Source of the DNA: Chiloscyllium plagiosum
Taxonomy: Eukaryota
Direction: 5' to 3'
Length of the DNA: 64,000 bases
NCBI RefSeq assembly: GCF_004010195.1
Contig: NC_057718.1
Location: forward strand, 90,749,353 to 90,813,352
Below are positions 63,018 through 64,000 of the stretch, one piece after another. The translations under genes were made by a program, and so were the position numbers. How positions within the stretch are numbered: position 1 is the first letter of the stretch; each line of letters opens with the position of its first letter. A model generated the notes under the pieces. That model was not told where the DNA came from. It saw only the letters and a program-made list of their open reading frames with translations, and searched no databases.

Positions 63018-64000
63018 AGTCAGACAGCATGGAACCAGGCCCTTTGTATCAACTTGTATATGCCAACCAAGTTTCCCAAATTGAAATACTGCCATTTGCC
63101 TGCATTTGGCCCATATCCCTCTACATCCTTCCTATTCATATCCAAATGCCTTTTAAATGCTGCAATTCTGCCAGCCTCCATCACTTCCTCTGGTAGCTCA
63201 TTCCATACACGCACCATCCTCGGCAGAAAAAAGATCCCATTACATCCCTTTTAAATCTTTTCCCTCTCACCTTAATTCTATGCCCTCTAGTTTTGGACTC
63301 CCCCACCCTTGGAAAAAGACCCTGGCTATTCACCTTATATCTGACCCTCATGATTTTATAAACCTCAATATGGCCAGCCCCTCAGCCTCCGATACCCTCG
63401 AAATGTTTCTTATTCATGTCCTTATTCATGTGTCTTTTAAACATTGTAACTGAACCTGCATCCACCACTTCCTCTGCAAGATCATTCCACATGTGAACCC
63501 ACTCTCTGTGTAAGAAAAATGTTGCCCCTAATGTCCTTTTAAAATTTTCTCTCACCGTAAAATATGCCTCCTAGTCTTGAAATCCCCAACTCTAAGGAAA
63601 AGACACCTGCCATTCACTTTCTCTATCCCCCTCATGATTTTATAAACCTCAACCTGCTATGTTCCACTGAAAAAAAGGTTTCAGCCTATCATTATAACTC
63701 AAACCCTCCATGCCTGGTAACATCCTGGTAAATCTTAATTCTGAACCCTCTCCAAATGACACCAAAATTGGAGGTGTGGTGGACAGCGAAGAAGGTTACC
63801 TCAGATTACAATGAGATCTTGATCAGATGGGTCAATGGGCTGAGAAGCGGCAGATGGAGTTTAATTCAGATAAATGCGAGGTGCTGTATTTTGGGAAAGC
63901 AAATCTTAGCAGGACTTATACATTTAATGGAAAGATCCGAGGGAGTGTTGCTGAACAAAGAGACCTTGGAGTGCAGGTTCATAGTTCCTTGCAAGTAGAG
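63018..64000. mobile_element. Tandem HER1/CR1 fragments (minus strand to about 63755, then a plus-strand RT fragment)
   Basis: VRVWNELPEEVMEAG on the minus strand. DTKIGGVVDSEEGYLRLQ and WQMEFNSDKCEVLYFG on the plus strand. Confidence 0.85.

Noticed and set aside
35002..64000. Next NCKX exon (expected W..(L/F)RDS-type motif)
   Set aside because: I found no candidate with matching peptide and splice sites by eye. It probably lies outside the window, though I could have missed it.

Overview
This is eukaryotic (vertebrate) genomic DNA, most likely from an elasmobranch (shark), judged from abundant HE1-type tRNA SINEs and HER1/CR1 LINEs. It has no bacterial-type genes, operons or CRISPR arrays. 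The only host gene I can support is three in-phase internal coding exons (9065-9139, 27159-27243, 34898-35001, + strand) of a K+-dependent Na+/Ca2+ exchanger (SLC24A3/NCKX3-like), covering the alpha-1 repeat. The rest is intronic and dominated by retroelement debris: CR1/HER1, a second CR1-like family, L2, RTE, Rex1/Babar, SINEs, solo LTRs and one Tigger-like MITE. The most notable signal is a dense population of Penelope-like element (PLE) remnants from at least three families. They carry minimal hammerhead-ribozyme motifs (CUGANGA-N-stem II-GAAA-S-SUH), often as short inverted insertions with 10-17 bp target-site duplications. Other notable structures are a ~3 kb 24/26-bp minisatellite inside a ~4 kb element that splits an older SINE and ends in a Rex1/Babar-like tail, a perfect 66-bp-arm hairpin at 39257-39400, a 5'-inverted Penelope insertion, and several local templated duplications. 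All long ORFs in the track are artefacts of the minisatellite or are decayed transposon fragments. Family names come from motif recognition without database searches, and repeat boundaries are approximate.
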